In this document: one piece after another, positions 23,174-37,745 of the stretch
Numbering within the stretch: the stretch's first letter is position 1
Layout of the letters: each line of letters begins with the position of its first letter
From: Flaccisagitta enflata
Lineage: Eukaryota
DNA length: 64,000 nucleotides
Direction: 5' to 3'
Assembly (NCBI GenBank): GCA_965153355.1
Contig: OZ231126.1
Coordinates: 18,166,001 to 18,230,000, forward strand
Made by a program: the position numbers and the translations under genes
Notes under the pieces: generated by a model
The model's database searches: none
Seen by the model: the letters and a program-made list of their open reading frames with translations, nothing else
Told to the model about the DNA's origin: nothing

Positions 23174-24082
23174 CAGTGCGGCGCATAAAAAAGAGAACAG
23201 CGTTTAAATTGGTCAATTCGTTTGGACGCAGTGACGCTTTGAAGAGAAGCCATGAAAAATGGAGTGGGGGAAACCTTAATTATGGCAAAATAAAAAAAAA
23301 CCGAATTACTTGTTTGTCAGTGTTTCATATCCAAGCACTGAAAAAAACATAGCAAAATTCATGACCGTTATGAAGCTCTGCGAAAGATCTTTTAAATGAG
23401 ACCTTGCTGGATGCCCTAGCTCCATTCGTTTAAAAATCGCATTAGTATAAAGACAGGTTGTCAAAAATTGGGAAAATCACAACATGATTTTGATAGGTTA
23501 TCTTAATTCTAACATAAAAATTAAACCCATTGAGTTAGATATTTGTTCTTGGCGCCATTTTAAAGAAAATTCAAAGCTCTTTAATTTGCCCATGGATATT
23601 AAGTAGCTAAGACAATCCTGAGCTGCATTATTGACAAAAACGGACAGACTATAATTGCTCATTTGAAAAAATTGAAATGAGCATTTTTTTGGATCAGTGA
23701 TTTTTTTCTTCAAAGCTATGCCATTTCTTAACAAATTGAGCTACAATGACCAGCAACGTCGCATTTGGAAGATTTTTTGCAGAGCTTTCAAACAGTCATG
23801 AATTTTATGTGTCTTAGGCCAATATTTAAGCAGAAACTACCAATACAAAGTGTCCTTTGCCATAGTTGCTTTTACAGTTTGGTGCCGCCTCACCATTGAC
23901 CACCTTGCCAACTTGTACACCTCGATGGCATGCTGTATGGAGCTTAGCATTCAAGCTGAGGGCGGATCCATCAACTACTAACGCATGAGCAACATATTCA
24001 TCCCTATTTGGTTTTGAAATTCAATTGAAGAGCAATATAATACTGTTTCCAAAAAACGTTCTCTTTTTAATGCGGCGCACCG
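23174..24082. mobile_element. Tc1/mariner-type MITE
   Basis: TIR CAGTGCGGCGCATAAAAAAGAGAAC / GTTCTCTTTTTAATGCGGCGCACCG with TA on both flanks. Confidence 0.8.
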
Positions 24083-24296
24083 TACTCTGTTTGAATAATA
24101 TATGTTTTACGGAGACCATGGTGAATGTAAGATACTACATTGTTCTGCCTGTCTGTCTGTCTAGGTATTCCTTTTTGGCCAATGTTTCACAGCCGGAAAG
24201 TGTCGGTAAGTTGAGTCTTTAAAATAAGGCACTCGTGCCACCATATTAATATGGCCAATTCCTGGAGACCGCAGATGCAAGCCTCAGATTGAGGTG

Positions 24297-24342
<46 letters not shown>

Positions 24343-25779
24343 GTGAGCGCGAGAGCCAGAGAGCGAGCGCAAGAGAGCCAGAGAGAGCCAGAGGGAGAAA
24401 TCCTCCATTATGGTTCTTGACGTTTTTAAGTCTGGGTCCTTTCTATTTTGGTTATCTCTTGCTCCCTCTATGACTAAAGACCCTAATTTAGAACGAACAT
24501 AGATAAACTGACACCAACGGCCAACTCACTGATATATTCTCGCTTATCCTCCAGTTTTCTTCTCCCTACTGTTTCTGAAAGATAAGATGACATTCTAAGA
24601 AAAGAATGGAAGAAAAACGTCGTATAACTTTAGGTATAAAGTGACAGTGAGAGAGAGAGAATGAAAGAAAGAGAGAGAGAGAAAGAGAGAGAGAGTTTTT
24701 GTTGATTTCGAGCAATCATGTTTCACTTAGTTCGCTCAATCCTGTTAAAGTGCGCGCGCGCCTGCGCATCTGAAAAAAAAAAAATAAAATCCGAAACTGA
24801 AATAGAATCCAAAGCTGCAAAGCTGAAATGAAATCTACAAAAGGGGATGTTTTTTCTGATGCGAACCAAATGGGGAACTTCAAGTGCTTCGTTGCACAAC
24901 TTGAGCTTCCAAGATTAGCGTATATTCCGCGAGTGCATAAAATGCGAGAGAGAAAAAAGAACGAATGACGCGGGGTAACAATATCGTTGCGGACGGGTGG
25001 GCAGGGGCATCCAACCCCCAGCCTCACCCAAACCACAGTCCTTACCCCCCGTCCAACACACACGAATAATACTAACTGCAGCATCATAAATACGCGTGTT
25101 TCGCGTTTTCAACTCGAGCGGACCAACGGACCAACGGAAAAAGCTTCTTATAGAGTTGTGTGTCCGCAACTAAAAAAAGTCATCCAAGGATTACATTTGG
25201 TCATCGGTGCCCGATGCCCTGCATGGAGTGACCAGCTGAAGAAGTGGAGTGAGAGCAGGGCAGTGGCCTCAAAGGGTCCATGTCCTGCAGGACACAGGGG
25301 TGAACTTCAGGCCTCTGGGAGCGAATTTAAGGTTTTGAGGGTTGATTTATTACTAGGGGGTAGGTATGAAGCATGAGGGATAGCATGAGGGGTATGAGGG
25401 GTCTGCGGTCTCATATGAGGTCAAAGCTGAGTTTAGGTTTGGAGCCTGAGAGGGCAAATTGGAAGGCTAAATCGAGACCTAAGAGGTCAGATTATAGGCT
25501 TAAGAGGACAAATTTTATGGTAATTCAGAACGTAGATTGACTGGCACCAACGGCCAATTTGCTTTTACATTTTCTTCCTGTCTCCTTTGTCCCATGTACA
25601 ATTTCTAATATCTAAATTGTTGTGTCCAATATCAAGATCCGATTGATATCACTCATGATTTTCAATAACAAGGCCGGAAACGTGGCTACCCAAGTCGCGA
25701 GCGGGTTGGCAGGGGCAGGGGCTTGTGGAAATAGGCCTGACGTTAAGGAAATTCATATGTTTATATTCTTCATGCAAAG

Positions 25780-25984
25780 GGATGGCGAGTACAATACAAT
25801 TACAACGCGGTGGCTTACACCAACGCGCCGAGCACCTTCGACGAATTCTTCAATCAACGTCGACGATGGAGTCCTTCCACTTACGCCAACCTCCTCGACT
25901 TGCTGTCCAACTCCTCGGCCACATCCAAAAAGAACGAAAACATCTCCTGGGTCTACATGCTCTATCAGGGAACGATCCTTTTTG
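25780..25984 (+). CDS. CHS: Chitin synthase exon 7 (QRRRW)
   Basis: GWRVQY...AYTNAPSTFDEFFNQRRRWSPSTYANLLDLL; GTAAG donor. Confidence 0.95.
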
Positions 25985-27645
25985 GTAAGTATAAGCGCTG
26001 ACATCAAGGCCAAACGTTTAGGCTCACCAAATCTTAAGCCCGGCTAACTTTGCCGCTTCTTTCATCACTTTTCATTCTCTTCTTTACTCATCAGCTTTAT
26101 ATCTTCTACCTTTACTATCTAAATTGGGAAGGATTAGGCAAGATTCTAGCTTCTTGAAGCATGTAGGTCAAGGCTCGTAAGAGCAGCGTGAACACTCTCA
26201 AAATCGCGTTGTTCTATGCAACAGCTAAGACAATAACTCTATCTTGATCGACCTCTTGCCCGCTATCACTCTGGGAAAAGATGCTCTGATGGAGTTTGCA
26301 GAGGAAATGCTTGGCGTTTTGAGAGAAGAGGAGAAGAAAAGGGAAAAGGTAGAAGAAGAAAAAGAAGAAGAAGAAGAAGAAAAAGAAGAAGAAGAAGAAG
26401 AAGAAGAAGAAGAAGAAGAAGAAGAAGAAGAAGAAGAAGAAGAAGAAGAAGAAGAAGAAGGAGGAGGAAGAGGAGGAGGAAAAGGAGGAGGAAAAGAGGA
26501 GAAAGGAAACTAAGAGGGAAAATCAGAACTTCATGTTAATCAGTGGTACCAATTGCCCCTATGTTAATGCATGAAATGATATGGTAGTGATAAGGGCAGC
26601 GGCAAACAATCTCAACCTTTTCGCTAAAATCCTGATAAAGGGCGCCTTAGCCCATTTTTGACCATGGTCACGGGCAAAAGTAGTGACTAAGGCATTGTGG
26701 GTTTGGCCATGAAAAGGCCGAGGCTCGGTTTTGAGGTCAAATCCGAAATATGGTTTTGCCTTCAGACCCAACTTTGTACTCTACTGTCCGTGTCTGTGTC
26801 TGTGTCTGTGTGTGTTTGTGTATGTGTTTGTTTGTTTCTTTTTTCTTTCTTTTTCTCTTTTTTTTTAGTCGCGTGCACGCGACTCTACACCTCGCTCTGT
26901 GGATCGGTCCGTCCGTTGGTCCGTCTGTCCGTCACATTTTTAAAATTATGACTTTTTAAGGTTTTTTAAGGTAATTTACGATACTCTAGGGTATTTCAGG
27001 GTACTTTAGGGTATTTCAGGGCACTTTAGGGTACTAAAGTTATTCTAAGTACTTGAGGTACTTTAGGGCACTTTCAAATATTTTTAGGTCTATTTAGATA
27101 TTTTTGAGTGTTTTTGGGTATTTTTGGGTATTTTTGGGTATTTTTGGTCATTTTTGGGTACTTTTAGGTATTTTTAGGTAATATTGGGTATTGTATTATA
27201 TCGATACTGTATCAATATTGTGTCAATATTGTATTGACATTGTATCAATACATATCGCGCGGCCTTGAGGGAAGGCACTCTTTTGTTTGTCATTTCCAAA
27301 TGCACGCGACTGTTGCCCTCTTGGGCTTGTTTCTTCTTAGTTGTGGGCACGCAACTCTATAAGAGGCTTTGTCTGTCCGTCCGTCCGTCTGTCTGTCGGT
27401 CCATCAGCATGAGTCTGAAACCGTGGAAAAAAACGCCATACGCAAGGCCTTAGTGGTGACTAATATAAAAGTTTCAGTGGCTGCTTAGGTATACAATATG
27501 CTCACTTATTTTCATACTGTCATCACTTTCACTCTTTCACTCTTGTTGTTCATCTTTTTTTTAAGCCTTTACCATACTTTTTTTTCTTTGTCATTTTTAG
27601 GTGCGCCAAAGCACTTCTATGTGTCTTTATTTGTTTATATTTTGA

Positions 27646-27726
<81 letters not shown>

Positions 27727-27729
27727 CTA

Positions 27730-27762
<33 letters not shown>

Positions 27763-27777
27763 TTCTCTTTCTCTTTC

Positions 27778-27867
<90 letters not shown>

Positions 27868-28527
27868 TTCATGAGACAGGAAAAAAATCAAAACGCGATC
27901 TGGCTGAAGGACAACAAAAGCTATCACAGGGTCATTATCAAGCCCCATAGCGTTTTTGTCTTTGTAACCTGATCTTGCTTATCCAATGGGGGATTAATGG
28001 TGTTCCTTACTCCATAGCTCAGCGCTAAATGCCACACCATCGCGGTAGGGTTTTGGCTGGTGACATATCTCTCTTGAAGCGATGTTCAGACGATTTTTTA
28101 AGAGAATCAAATGGATGGACCAGGCCTCGTGATTTTGGAGCAGCGAGCAGCGTCGCTTCTCGGCAGGGAAAGGGAAATGTCGGCAGGTCTCAAAGATAGA
28201 AGAAGAAGAGGAAGAGGGAAAGAGAGAAAGAAAGAAAGAACATTGATATCATTTGCATATTGTAGTTTTATAATGACTTCTCTAGTTTTACTTAGAGGAT
28301 TTAAAAAACTATGAATTTATATAAAAATCATAATCAAAACTAAATCCCTTATATTGTGAACAAAAAAGAAGGAAAATCATTATCGCATGTAACAATAATT
28401 AACATCGTCATGTGTTTCATGTAGCCTCCCGCCGAAAAGTGGAGATTGATGATACAAATACTGAAAAAAATCCTTAAGCTTTGAAATGGTGTAGCTGTCA
28501 CTTTTGCGTAAACGTGTGCGCTCGGTC

Positions 28528-30202
28528 CTCTGCTGCGAAACTGGCGGTTTTGTCGCTATTTCTAGCGAATTTTGGGGCCCCCTAGCGACAACCTTTTGCC
28601 ATCTAGCGACTAGCGAATTATCTAGCGATTTTCTCTGAGACACCTAGCGAATCTAACTATTTCTAGCAGATTCTAGCTATTGCTAGCTAATTTTCGCTAT
28701 TTTCTAAAAAATACTCGCTTTTTTAACTAGATTTTACCATTTATCCTCTTTTCTACTCTGTACTTCAGTTGTAAATCAACTGTGTGATGACCATATTGTA
28801 AAGTTTTTGAACCTGTATGTTACCATTTGGACTAATCATTTTTGCTAGTTAATGACTGGTGGTTGAGAAAGGCCCTATGATTTCGGATATCGACACTAGC
28901 TTTGTCAAAAACGATCAGAATGAGCAATCGTGAAATGGTTTTTAGTTGCGGACACACAACTCTATAAGAGGCTTTGTCCATCCGTTGGTCCATCCGTTGA
29001 TCCATACGTCCGTGAGCATGAGTGTGGGGTTGAGGGATGGGTTGGGTCCAAAGGGGGGTTGGATGCCCCTGCCCACCCATCCGCAACGATATTGTGACCC
29101 CACGTCACTTGTTTGCATTCTATTCTATATGACTCTTACAACACATTGATTAACAGGAAACTAATGATTTTTTTTGACAATCGACTCCTAGATACAGCAC
29201 GATGGGAGCGAAGACAACCTAGACTGGACGATAGATTTTAAATATTTTAATTTCATTTGATTTATAAAAAGAATAAGATTTATGCCAATTAAAAGTTGCT
29301 CTATTGCTTGTATATGTTAGCTTCTCTCATTTTTCATCTTTTGAATTAACTTCATCAGACCTTCATTTTTCATACTTCTAACCTAGCCTATCAGGTCGGG
29401 CAAAAAATTTTAGATAATTTAGAGAAAAAAAATCAGCTTAATTTGATTATTTTCACAGGTTTTACAGCTATTTTTCAAGAAGAATAATTATGTAAATTAA
29501 TATTTTGGCAAAGCTTAAATCAGGCATATAACCTGTAAAAATGGCCCAATTAAGCTGATTTATTTTTCTTAACTACATGAAATTTTCTGCTTGACCTGAT
29601 GAGCTAGGTTAGAACATTGAAAAATGGAGTCCTGATGAAGTCAAGTCACAAGTTAAAGAATGAGAAAAACCAATATATTCAAGCAATAGAACAACCTTTA
29701 ATTAGCATAGATCTCAACTTTTTATACATCTAATAAAATTAAGAAACCTAAAATCTATCCTCCAGTCTAGGTCGTCTTTGCTCCCATCGTACTGTATCCT
29801 CAGTGGCATACATGGCGACGGATACATATGTCTTTCTTTATTTCAGAGTAAACCAAATAAAACGGATCATGGCATTTTTGTCGCTGTCCTTTAAAAGAAA
29901 CTTTAATTACTAAACGTTTCAAATCCCCAATACCTAACCCCTATGCCTCCAGTTTACAGTTTAAGTATCTAAGAAATAAATGGGAAAACAATGGTCAACA
30001 AACAATATTCTCAGAACCCCTCTCTCCCTCTTCCCCCTATAAACAGACCAGTAATGGTTTGTTTATTGATTTTTTCATGACCTCATTACATATATACAAA
30101 TCTAGCGAATTTTCTAGCTATAGAAAAAAATAATCTAGCGAATTCTAGCGATTTTTGGGGCCCCAACTAGCGAATTTCTAAAAGCTGGAGTTCCCACCAT
30201 AG
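28528..30202. mobile_element. hAT-like non-autonomous element inserted into the TIR of the outer element
   Basis: 8-bp TSD GCTCGGTC at 28520-28527 and 30203-30210; imperfect TIRs; CTAGCGA subterminal repeats at both ends. Confidence 0.78.
29195..29794. mobile_element. Tc1/mariner-type fold-back MITE
   Basis: TA|CAGCACGATGGGAGCG...GCTCCCATCGTACTG|TA with long imperfect inverted arms. Confidence 0.82.
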
Positions 30203-31574
30203 GCTCGGTCGCCAAACTGGATACTTGGGATCCAGATCTGGATACTTTTAGGGGTGCCTAGATACCTGAAAAAGCATCTGGATCCTGGCTACTAATCTGG
30301 ATACTTTTGGGAGAAAAATTTAGATACTCCAGTTCAAATCTGGATAAATGAAATAGTGGTTTTAAAACATTTTTTTAAACATGCTCAACTACTTTTTTTA
30401 GGTAATGGACATAAATCTGGGCTAAAAAAATAATTTTTAGTCGCGTGCTACGCGACTCTATACGCCACTTTTTGGTTGGTCCGTTGGTCGGTCCGTTGGT
30501 CCGTCGGTCCGTAACAAAGTTGTTTTATAGGCTTCTTATCGCGTTTTTTATGCCTCTGAATAGTGGAGAAGATGCTTTTTCAAATGTCTTTAAGAAAAAA
30601 AAATGTTTGTCTGTCTGTTTGCCTGACTTTTCTGAAAGTGCCGACGCACGCGACATAGGTCTAATGACCTTGTTTTATCTTGGTTAAGTAAATGTTTACC
30701 TGATATAAATGTTCATATGTTTGTGAGTCAGTTGCTGGATTTTTTGGATGATGCAAATTTGGCCATATTGCCTTTGCCCCTGCTTACCGGCCAAGCATCC
30801 AATATTGTTTTTGAATCAATTCAAGATGCTCTTACTAAATTATGAATGACATAAAATAACTGTATCCTAGAAAGTATTTTGCCTTCATAGTTTTCCTTAA
30901 GTCTTCACAACCTTCATAGCCTTCATAGCCTTCATAGTTATCCTAAAGAGGCCCCAGATTTCTCATAGTATCATAAACAGTGTTTTTAATGTCGGACACA
31001 CAACTCTAGAACTTGCTAATTGCTATATTGGTCTGTCTGTCTGTCCATCTGTTTATTTGTTGGAAACTTTTTAAAAATGTGAGCAGTTTTTTAGTTGCGT
31101 GCTATGCAACTCTACCCTGAATTGTTTGTCCATCCATCAGTTGGTTGGTTGGTCGGTCCCCTTTTTATTTTTTTGCGTTTTTTGAGCTTTTTGCTCTCGT
31201 GACCTTTTCTTTCACTGCTCCTGCCCACCCAAACGCAACTGGGGTAGCTGTGTAACCGGCCTTGTTACTATACTGCCTTAGCCCACCTGTCCGCAACTAG
31301 GGGGAGTGTATTAGGCCTTGGTAATGAAAATTAGCCATTACAAAATATCTCTATTCTTTTAATCTTTCTAGTTATTACTTTTAGTTCTAATTGTACCAAA
31401 TCAAGTGGTACCTGTAAAGATTGGTTTTGTACATCAAGGTGTGCCATTTTTTTTTTTGCTATTTGATTAATTTTACTTATGGGCGCCGCCTACCTTACTT
31501 TTTATTATAAAAAAAAGGCAGTGCTGGGGCCAAAATACTTCCTGTACTTTCTCATTGAGATTAGGGGTTATGAG

Positions 31575-31855
31575 CAAGCCCGGGCGATTTTGCATTTTCT
31601 TTAACAATACAATACACTATACAATTTTTCATAGTATTGGGCCAATACAATACAATACCAATACAATACAATATCTTAAAGAATTGTACCCAATACGTAA
31701 CAATATTCAATTTACTTAATAAAAAATCTTTGTTAAATCCTAAATAAATAGTTGAAGCTTTATCTCATTTTTTCATATCTCTTTTATCTTTGCTTCTTTA
31801 GGTAAGTCTCTTTGTCTGTGTTTGTCCCTGTGTGTGTGTTTTTGTGTGTGTGTGT

Positions 31856-31939
<84 letters not shown>

Positions 31940-32348
31940 TTCTCTCTCTCTCTCTCTTTTTTTTTCTCTCTCTCTCCCCTTGAGTGTACTGACCCAGGAT
32001 TAGATCTGAGGGAAAATCGATCTTTCCTCCTCCTCATCCTCATCCTCTTCATCTTCATCTTCATCTTCCTCTTCATCCTCTTCTTTTTCATTTTTTTTCT
32101 ACACTTCCTAAAAAATCGATCTCTCCTCATTCTCCTCATCCACCTTACTTTATCCTCTTCTTCTTCCCTACTTTTGTTTTTCACCTGTCTGTTTGACCTT
32201 CCTAAGAATTTTACTATTTTCTCAAAAAAAGATATTGTATTGTATTGTATTGGGCAAATAACAATAATCATAGTAGGTATTGGGTAAACCCAATACTTAC
32301 AAGTATTGTATATACAATACAATACCCAATACGAATCGCCCGGCCTTG
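31575..32348. mobile_element. hAT-like MITE
   Basis: TIR CAAG(C/G)CCGGGCGATT; 8-bp TSD GTTATGAG; CAATA subterminal repeats. Confidence 0.85.
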
Positions 32349-33807
32349 GTTATGAGCAAAATAATCATATGGCTATAAAACTAGGATGTGCAAGATAATC
32401 CCTGCTGTTACAAGCCAACTTGACTCCATAAGTTTTCTATGGCAATCTTTTCTCAAACCCTCTTTGCATTGTTGATTTAAAGAGTTATGAGCTCATGAGT
32501 TGCAGCATCTTCTACATTAATCAGCCTATTTATATTACACAATTGTTTTTTTTATAAACAAATATCATTATTCATATTGATTTCTTTAATAAAACGTTAT
32601 CTAGATACTAATTTAGATACTAGCAAAAAATCCTAGATACTTTCTGGATACTTTTTGGGGTTTCTTTAGATACTTGGCCTCCACTGCATTTGGCGACCGA
32701 GCGTGTGCGCTTGGGGAGGTGAGAGCCAGCTTTGTCAAGATATTGGTTTGCGGGTGGTTGATCAGCCCAAGTACGATTAAGTGGCGGAACTCGGGTTTGA
32801 TAGGTAACCCCCTGCTTAATACACTGACCCTCACCTTTTAGTTACTCGGCACTCGGCAGCGTATAGGGGAATATTTTAGCTTGTCGGCAGAAAAGAATAA
32901 TGAAGAGGCCTGGGATGGACAGACTACGGCAGACAGACAGGCAGATAGACAGACAGATTACAGATCCACTTTGCGCTCAAAATTGAATGGTATCTCAGCA
33001 TGCAGCATTCTCCGCACCTTTGACGATGAGATGAAAAGAGGGAGATAGAGAAGAGATAAGCAGAGTTCAATTCGACGGTTGGTAAACGGCAAAATACAAT
33101 AAATGATAAAAAATCAGTCATGATGCCATCGATGATCAACTAAATACTAATTGCAATTCGAGAAAATGTTAGTTACAGCTGTCATTAACTTTTCTAGACA
33201 AATCTTCTCCCTCGTTAGTTACTTTTAGAAAGAGAAAAATCGACTCAAACTGTCAACTAGAAGACACAAAGAAGCAGCAGAAGTGAAGCGCTTCCCAAAG
33301 AAGAAATATCCTTTTGGGCGCCGACATCGAAGGGACCGATGACCTATGCTTTCACATATGCGAAAATTTCTCCTCCTCCGTTGTCAACCCCCCCCCCCTC
33401 CCACCACCAGGCCCATATCTCCGCCTTGAGGCCAATATCCTAGCCTTGAGACCGAAATCCCAGTCTTGAGGCTCAAATCCCTGGCCCAAGGTCCAAATCC
33501 CAGCCTTGAGGCCAAAATCCCATCTTAGTGGTCCAAATCCTAGCCTCGAGGGATTTGGGCCTCAAGATTGAATTTGGGTCTCAAGGCTAGGATATTGGCC
33601 TCAAGGCTAAGATATGGGTCTGGAGGTTGGGGGGGGGGCGGGAGGGGGATACAGAGGAGAACAAGAAGGTGAAGGAGGAGAGTTTCCTATGGGTCATTGA
33701 CCCCTTCCTCAACTACAATCATAACCCACTTAAGCAGGGCATGGGTACTGCTGACCGTCGTAACGCTTTCGCGACGAGAGTCAGAATCTGTGACTGCAAT
33801 TAATGCC

Positions 33808-33895
<88 letters not shown>

Positions 33896-33973
33896 GTGAT
33901 GATGAAAATGATGATGATGATGATGATGATGGTGATGATGAAAATGATGATGATGATGAAAATGATGATGATA

Positions 33974-34008
<35 letters not shown>

Positions 34009-34026
34009 GATGAAGATGAAGATGAA

Positions 34027-34057
<31 letters not shown>

Positions 34058-36295
34058 GTAATGATGTTGATGATGATGATGATGGTAATGATGTCGATGA
34101 TGATGTTGATGATGATGATGTTGATGATGATGTTGATGATGTTTATGGTGTTGATGATGATTATGATCTCGAATACTACGAAGCAAAGGAAGTGTCACCT
34201 CCGCTGCAACGATTATTAACCAAGTCGCATTTGATTAGCTTAGCTTAGCGCCAGCGACTGAAAATTCCCTCCACGGGAGTGAAAGTCTTAAGAGCGTGAG
34301 AAGGTGAGATGGTGAGATGGTGAGAAGGTCAGCGGCGCCCATTGCTTATGAATTAGCATAAATGGGGATATCTAAAGAAACCATTGAACTACGATTTCAA
34401 ATAGTATTTCTACAGTTCTATTTATCATATTAGAGTATAATATTAGAGTTTAGGCCCATGTGATGGGAATTAGATTGAAGGGCTAAGACTTGAGTCTTGA
34501 GGGTGTGTCTACGATTTCTGACTTGAGGCTAAGATTTCGACCTAAAACCTGAAATTGGGCTTTGAGGGTGAGACATGTGCCACAGAAATGCAATCATGGA
34601 AAAAAGTCTTCCAGGCGAAAATGGGGCCATACGACTGCTACATTTGGGTGCTTCACATAGCGAAAGTTTCGAGTATCCCTCCACTGTACTGAGATAACAT
34701 GGAGGAGCAAAAATTATGAAGATGACCGCCTTTGTATCTTTTTCAAATTCCTTCATCTTCATTTTTGTTTTGACTTTTAAGTCCCCACAGATATCCCATA
34801 AATTAGCAAAGTCCTGTGTAGTTAATACTAGTTATGTAATTAAAAGGGCAATTATTTGTTTTAGAAAATCATCGTGTTTGTGAGAATAGACTAAAATATC
34901 AGAATATAAACCGTGTAACTTACTTAAAAGGCAAATTAACAATTCAAAAAATGTCAGTAAATCGTTATATTCCACTGCATTATGTAAATTAAGTCCTCAA
35001 AAACAATTAGCTAAGAAACGGAAGATGAACTATTTTTGATAAAAGAAAAATTGAATAAAGACGGTGAGAAGAAAACAAGGCCAACGATGCGTCCTCTTTA
35101 AATGAACGTTTTTATAAATGAATGTTTTTTTTATGAATGAATGTCATTTGTGAATGATTGAATGAATGAATTACTTGATGTGTGCTTCTTTTACTGGGGT
35201 AGAACCACTTTTCTGTTGAAAAAATGCTTGATTTTGATATTTTTAATGAATGCGTTGCCAACCAACCAACCAACCCACCTACCGATCAACCGACCGACCA
35301 ACCAATGGACACAGCCTACCAGTAATAGCGGCTTTCGCTGTGAGGAAAAAAGTTGTAAGCGTTGTTCACTTTTCACCAAGCTTTTGTCTTCAGTCACTGC
35401 AACTCTTTTTATTTATTAGATCAAATTAAGAGCAATTGTATGTAGTGGTTGCACTGAAAATCAGAGAAGAATAGGACAGAGCCAAATGAGCTAGATGAGC
35501 TAAAATATTCAAAATCACTCAACCAGACAACCAGCTATGCTTACTGACATGCTTTGTTGTATTTGCATGCTTAAATCAAAAGATTTATCTGTTTTGAAAT
35601 TAAAAAAAAAAGCAAACTAAATGAGCTAAATGAGCTAGAATACTTAAGAACACCCTCACAGATGAGCAGCTCTGCTCACTGACATGCTTTCTTGTATTTG
35701 CTTGCTTAAATATCTATCAATTTATTTGCTCATTTATCATATTTGAATTCAGAAAAAAACAAACTGAGCTAAGGTAGCTTAATCAGCTAAAATGCTGAAA
35801 ATCACCCTCACACATGAGCAGCTATGCTCATAAACATGTTTTCTTGTATTTGAATGCTCAACCTAACTTAGATACATTCCTTTGTTGATCCTACACAAAA
35901 TCATAAAAAATCGAAAAAAATTCAATTTGAATTTTTCGTAAATAAATCTTTAAAAATTCATAATGCAAAAAACATTTGTCCCAGAGACTTCTGCTTGGCG
36001 CCAAATGAAAGAGAATTATGCGGTATTTTAAATTTACTAACCCTATCAATTTCGTTTGAGGGACCAATCGGTTGGTAGAGATTCACAACTTCCTAATAAG
36101 AAAATGAAAACCCTGTTTCTCTCGAATATGTCAAAAAGTCGAAGACTGACTTCGACTTTTTTCCGATTATAGAGATGCGAGGACGCATCTAAAAACTTAA
36201 GATTTGAACCTAGAATGGCGAAGAGAGGCCGTCGCGCTGCCGGGTAAAAAAAAAAACAACGGAAATCTGAATAATTCTATAATCATCGAACTCAG

Positions 36296-36567
36296 GTTCT
36301 GTCATCGCCCCTGGCACCGTACTGTTGATTCTGGCCCAAAACGTGAGCTACGTGATGACGGAGCAATTCGGCTCCTCTGCGACGGAGACGGTTCAGTGGT
36401 CTATCATTTTAGCAGCTTTCGCCTACGTCATCGTCACTCTCAAATGCGGAATCAAGACCCAAATTAGCGTCGCTTTCGTCGCCACGACGCTCTTCGCGCT
36501 GTTAATGACCACTGTCACCGTCGGAGTCGTCAAGAGCATGGTGGTTAATAAACTAGCCAACCTGCAG
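36296..36567 (+). CDS. CHS: Chitin synthase exon 8 (transmembrane helices)
   Basis: GSVIAPGTVLLILAQ...FALLMTTVTVGVV; phases fit both neighbours. Confidence 0.88.
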
Positions 36568-37079
36568 GTGTGTGGAGAGAGAGAGAGAGAGAGAAACAGA
36601 GCGAGAGAAAGAGAGAGAAAGAGAGAGGAAGAGAGAGAGAGATAGAGACAGACAGACAGACAAACAGACAGACAAACTGACAGCCTGACAGACAGACACA
36701 CTGACAGAACGACTCACAGACAGACAGACAGACAGACAGACAGAAATCAAGGATAACCATTAAAGCATAAACCGCTTGCAAAAATTCAAAAAAGTCAAGA
36801 AAGGCACAGATGGAAGGACAAAATGACAGACGCTCCCTGGATCTCTCCGATGAACAACTCCTCCGATAGACTAGAACAATGCATTATCTACATATACAAT
36901 TAAGGCGGCTATCGCCGACTGCAAAAAAAAGTGGTAAATGGGAATCACTTTTTTCCAGTGCATGTTCTTCTGAGACTGTGTGTGCATTTCATGCTGCATG
37001 GTTGATTGCCTGTCTTTTTTGTTAACGAATCTCTGTCTATCTGTCTTTCTTGTCTCTTTTTGTCTCTGTCCTTCTCGGT

Positions 37080-37206
<127 letters not shown>

Positions 37207-37292
37207 TGTGAAATTCTCTTTCTTTCTCTGTCTCACAAGAGGCAATATATAGAGTACATCGACCCTCCATTTTTCCTATTTTTCGCGAATTA

Positions 37293-37745
37293 GCATTTTT
37301 GACAGTTTTTTTGGTCCAAAACCACTATTATGGTCAAAAAATGGGCAAACAATGATTATCTGGCACTAAAACATATTCATGCATAAATACATGCCAACTT
37401 GTTATCAAAACATGCCATTTTTATGGCATTTTACGGCATTTTACGGCACAAAATGATACTAAATGATGACGGGTTAGCCTGTATTTATGCATGAATGTGT
37501 CTTAGTGCCATATAATCATTGTTTCCTATTTTTTTAACCTTAGCGGCAGTTTTAGACAAAAAAAACTGTCTAAAATGCCAATTTTATGGCTTTTTACGGC
37601 ATTTTACTGCATTCTAAAACAATTTTGAAGTAAAAAAATTTTTGTTTTGATATTAAGTGATAAAGTAAACCTTCCTGAGGCCCAAACCACTCTCCATTAT
37701 GACCGAGAATTTTTCTTGACCTATGAAAGCCTCCCCCGTGGCGTG
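37293..37745. mobile_element. Truncated second copy of the 4250-4870 MITE family
   Basis: Ends ...CTATGAAAGCCTCCCCCGTGGCGTG, nearly identical to the right arm of the first copy. Confidence 0.85.

Larger units (their letters stand above)
28521..32701. mobile_element. hAT-like non-autonomous element (outer element of a nest)
   Basis: TIR CTCGGTCGCCAAA / TTTGGCGACCGAG, with the left TIR split by an insertion; 8-bp TSD CGTGTGCG at 28513-28520 and 32702-32709; GGATACT subterminal repeats. Confidence 0.8.

Noticed and set aside
26244-26513. ORF leading into a (GAA)n tract
   Set aside because: No recognisable motif and not needed for the chitin synthase frame; may be a retroelement tail but cannot be supported
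33697-34248. PolyD/polyH/polyM ORFs, and similar ER/SL/TH/CV ORFs across the window
   Set aside because: Translations of simple microsatellites with no splice or motif support
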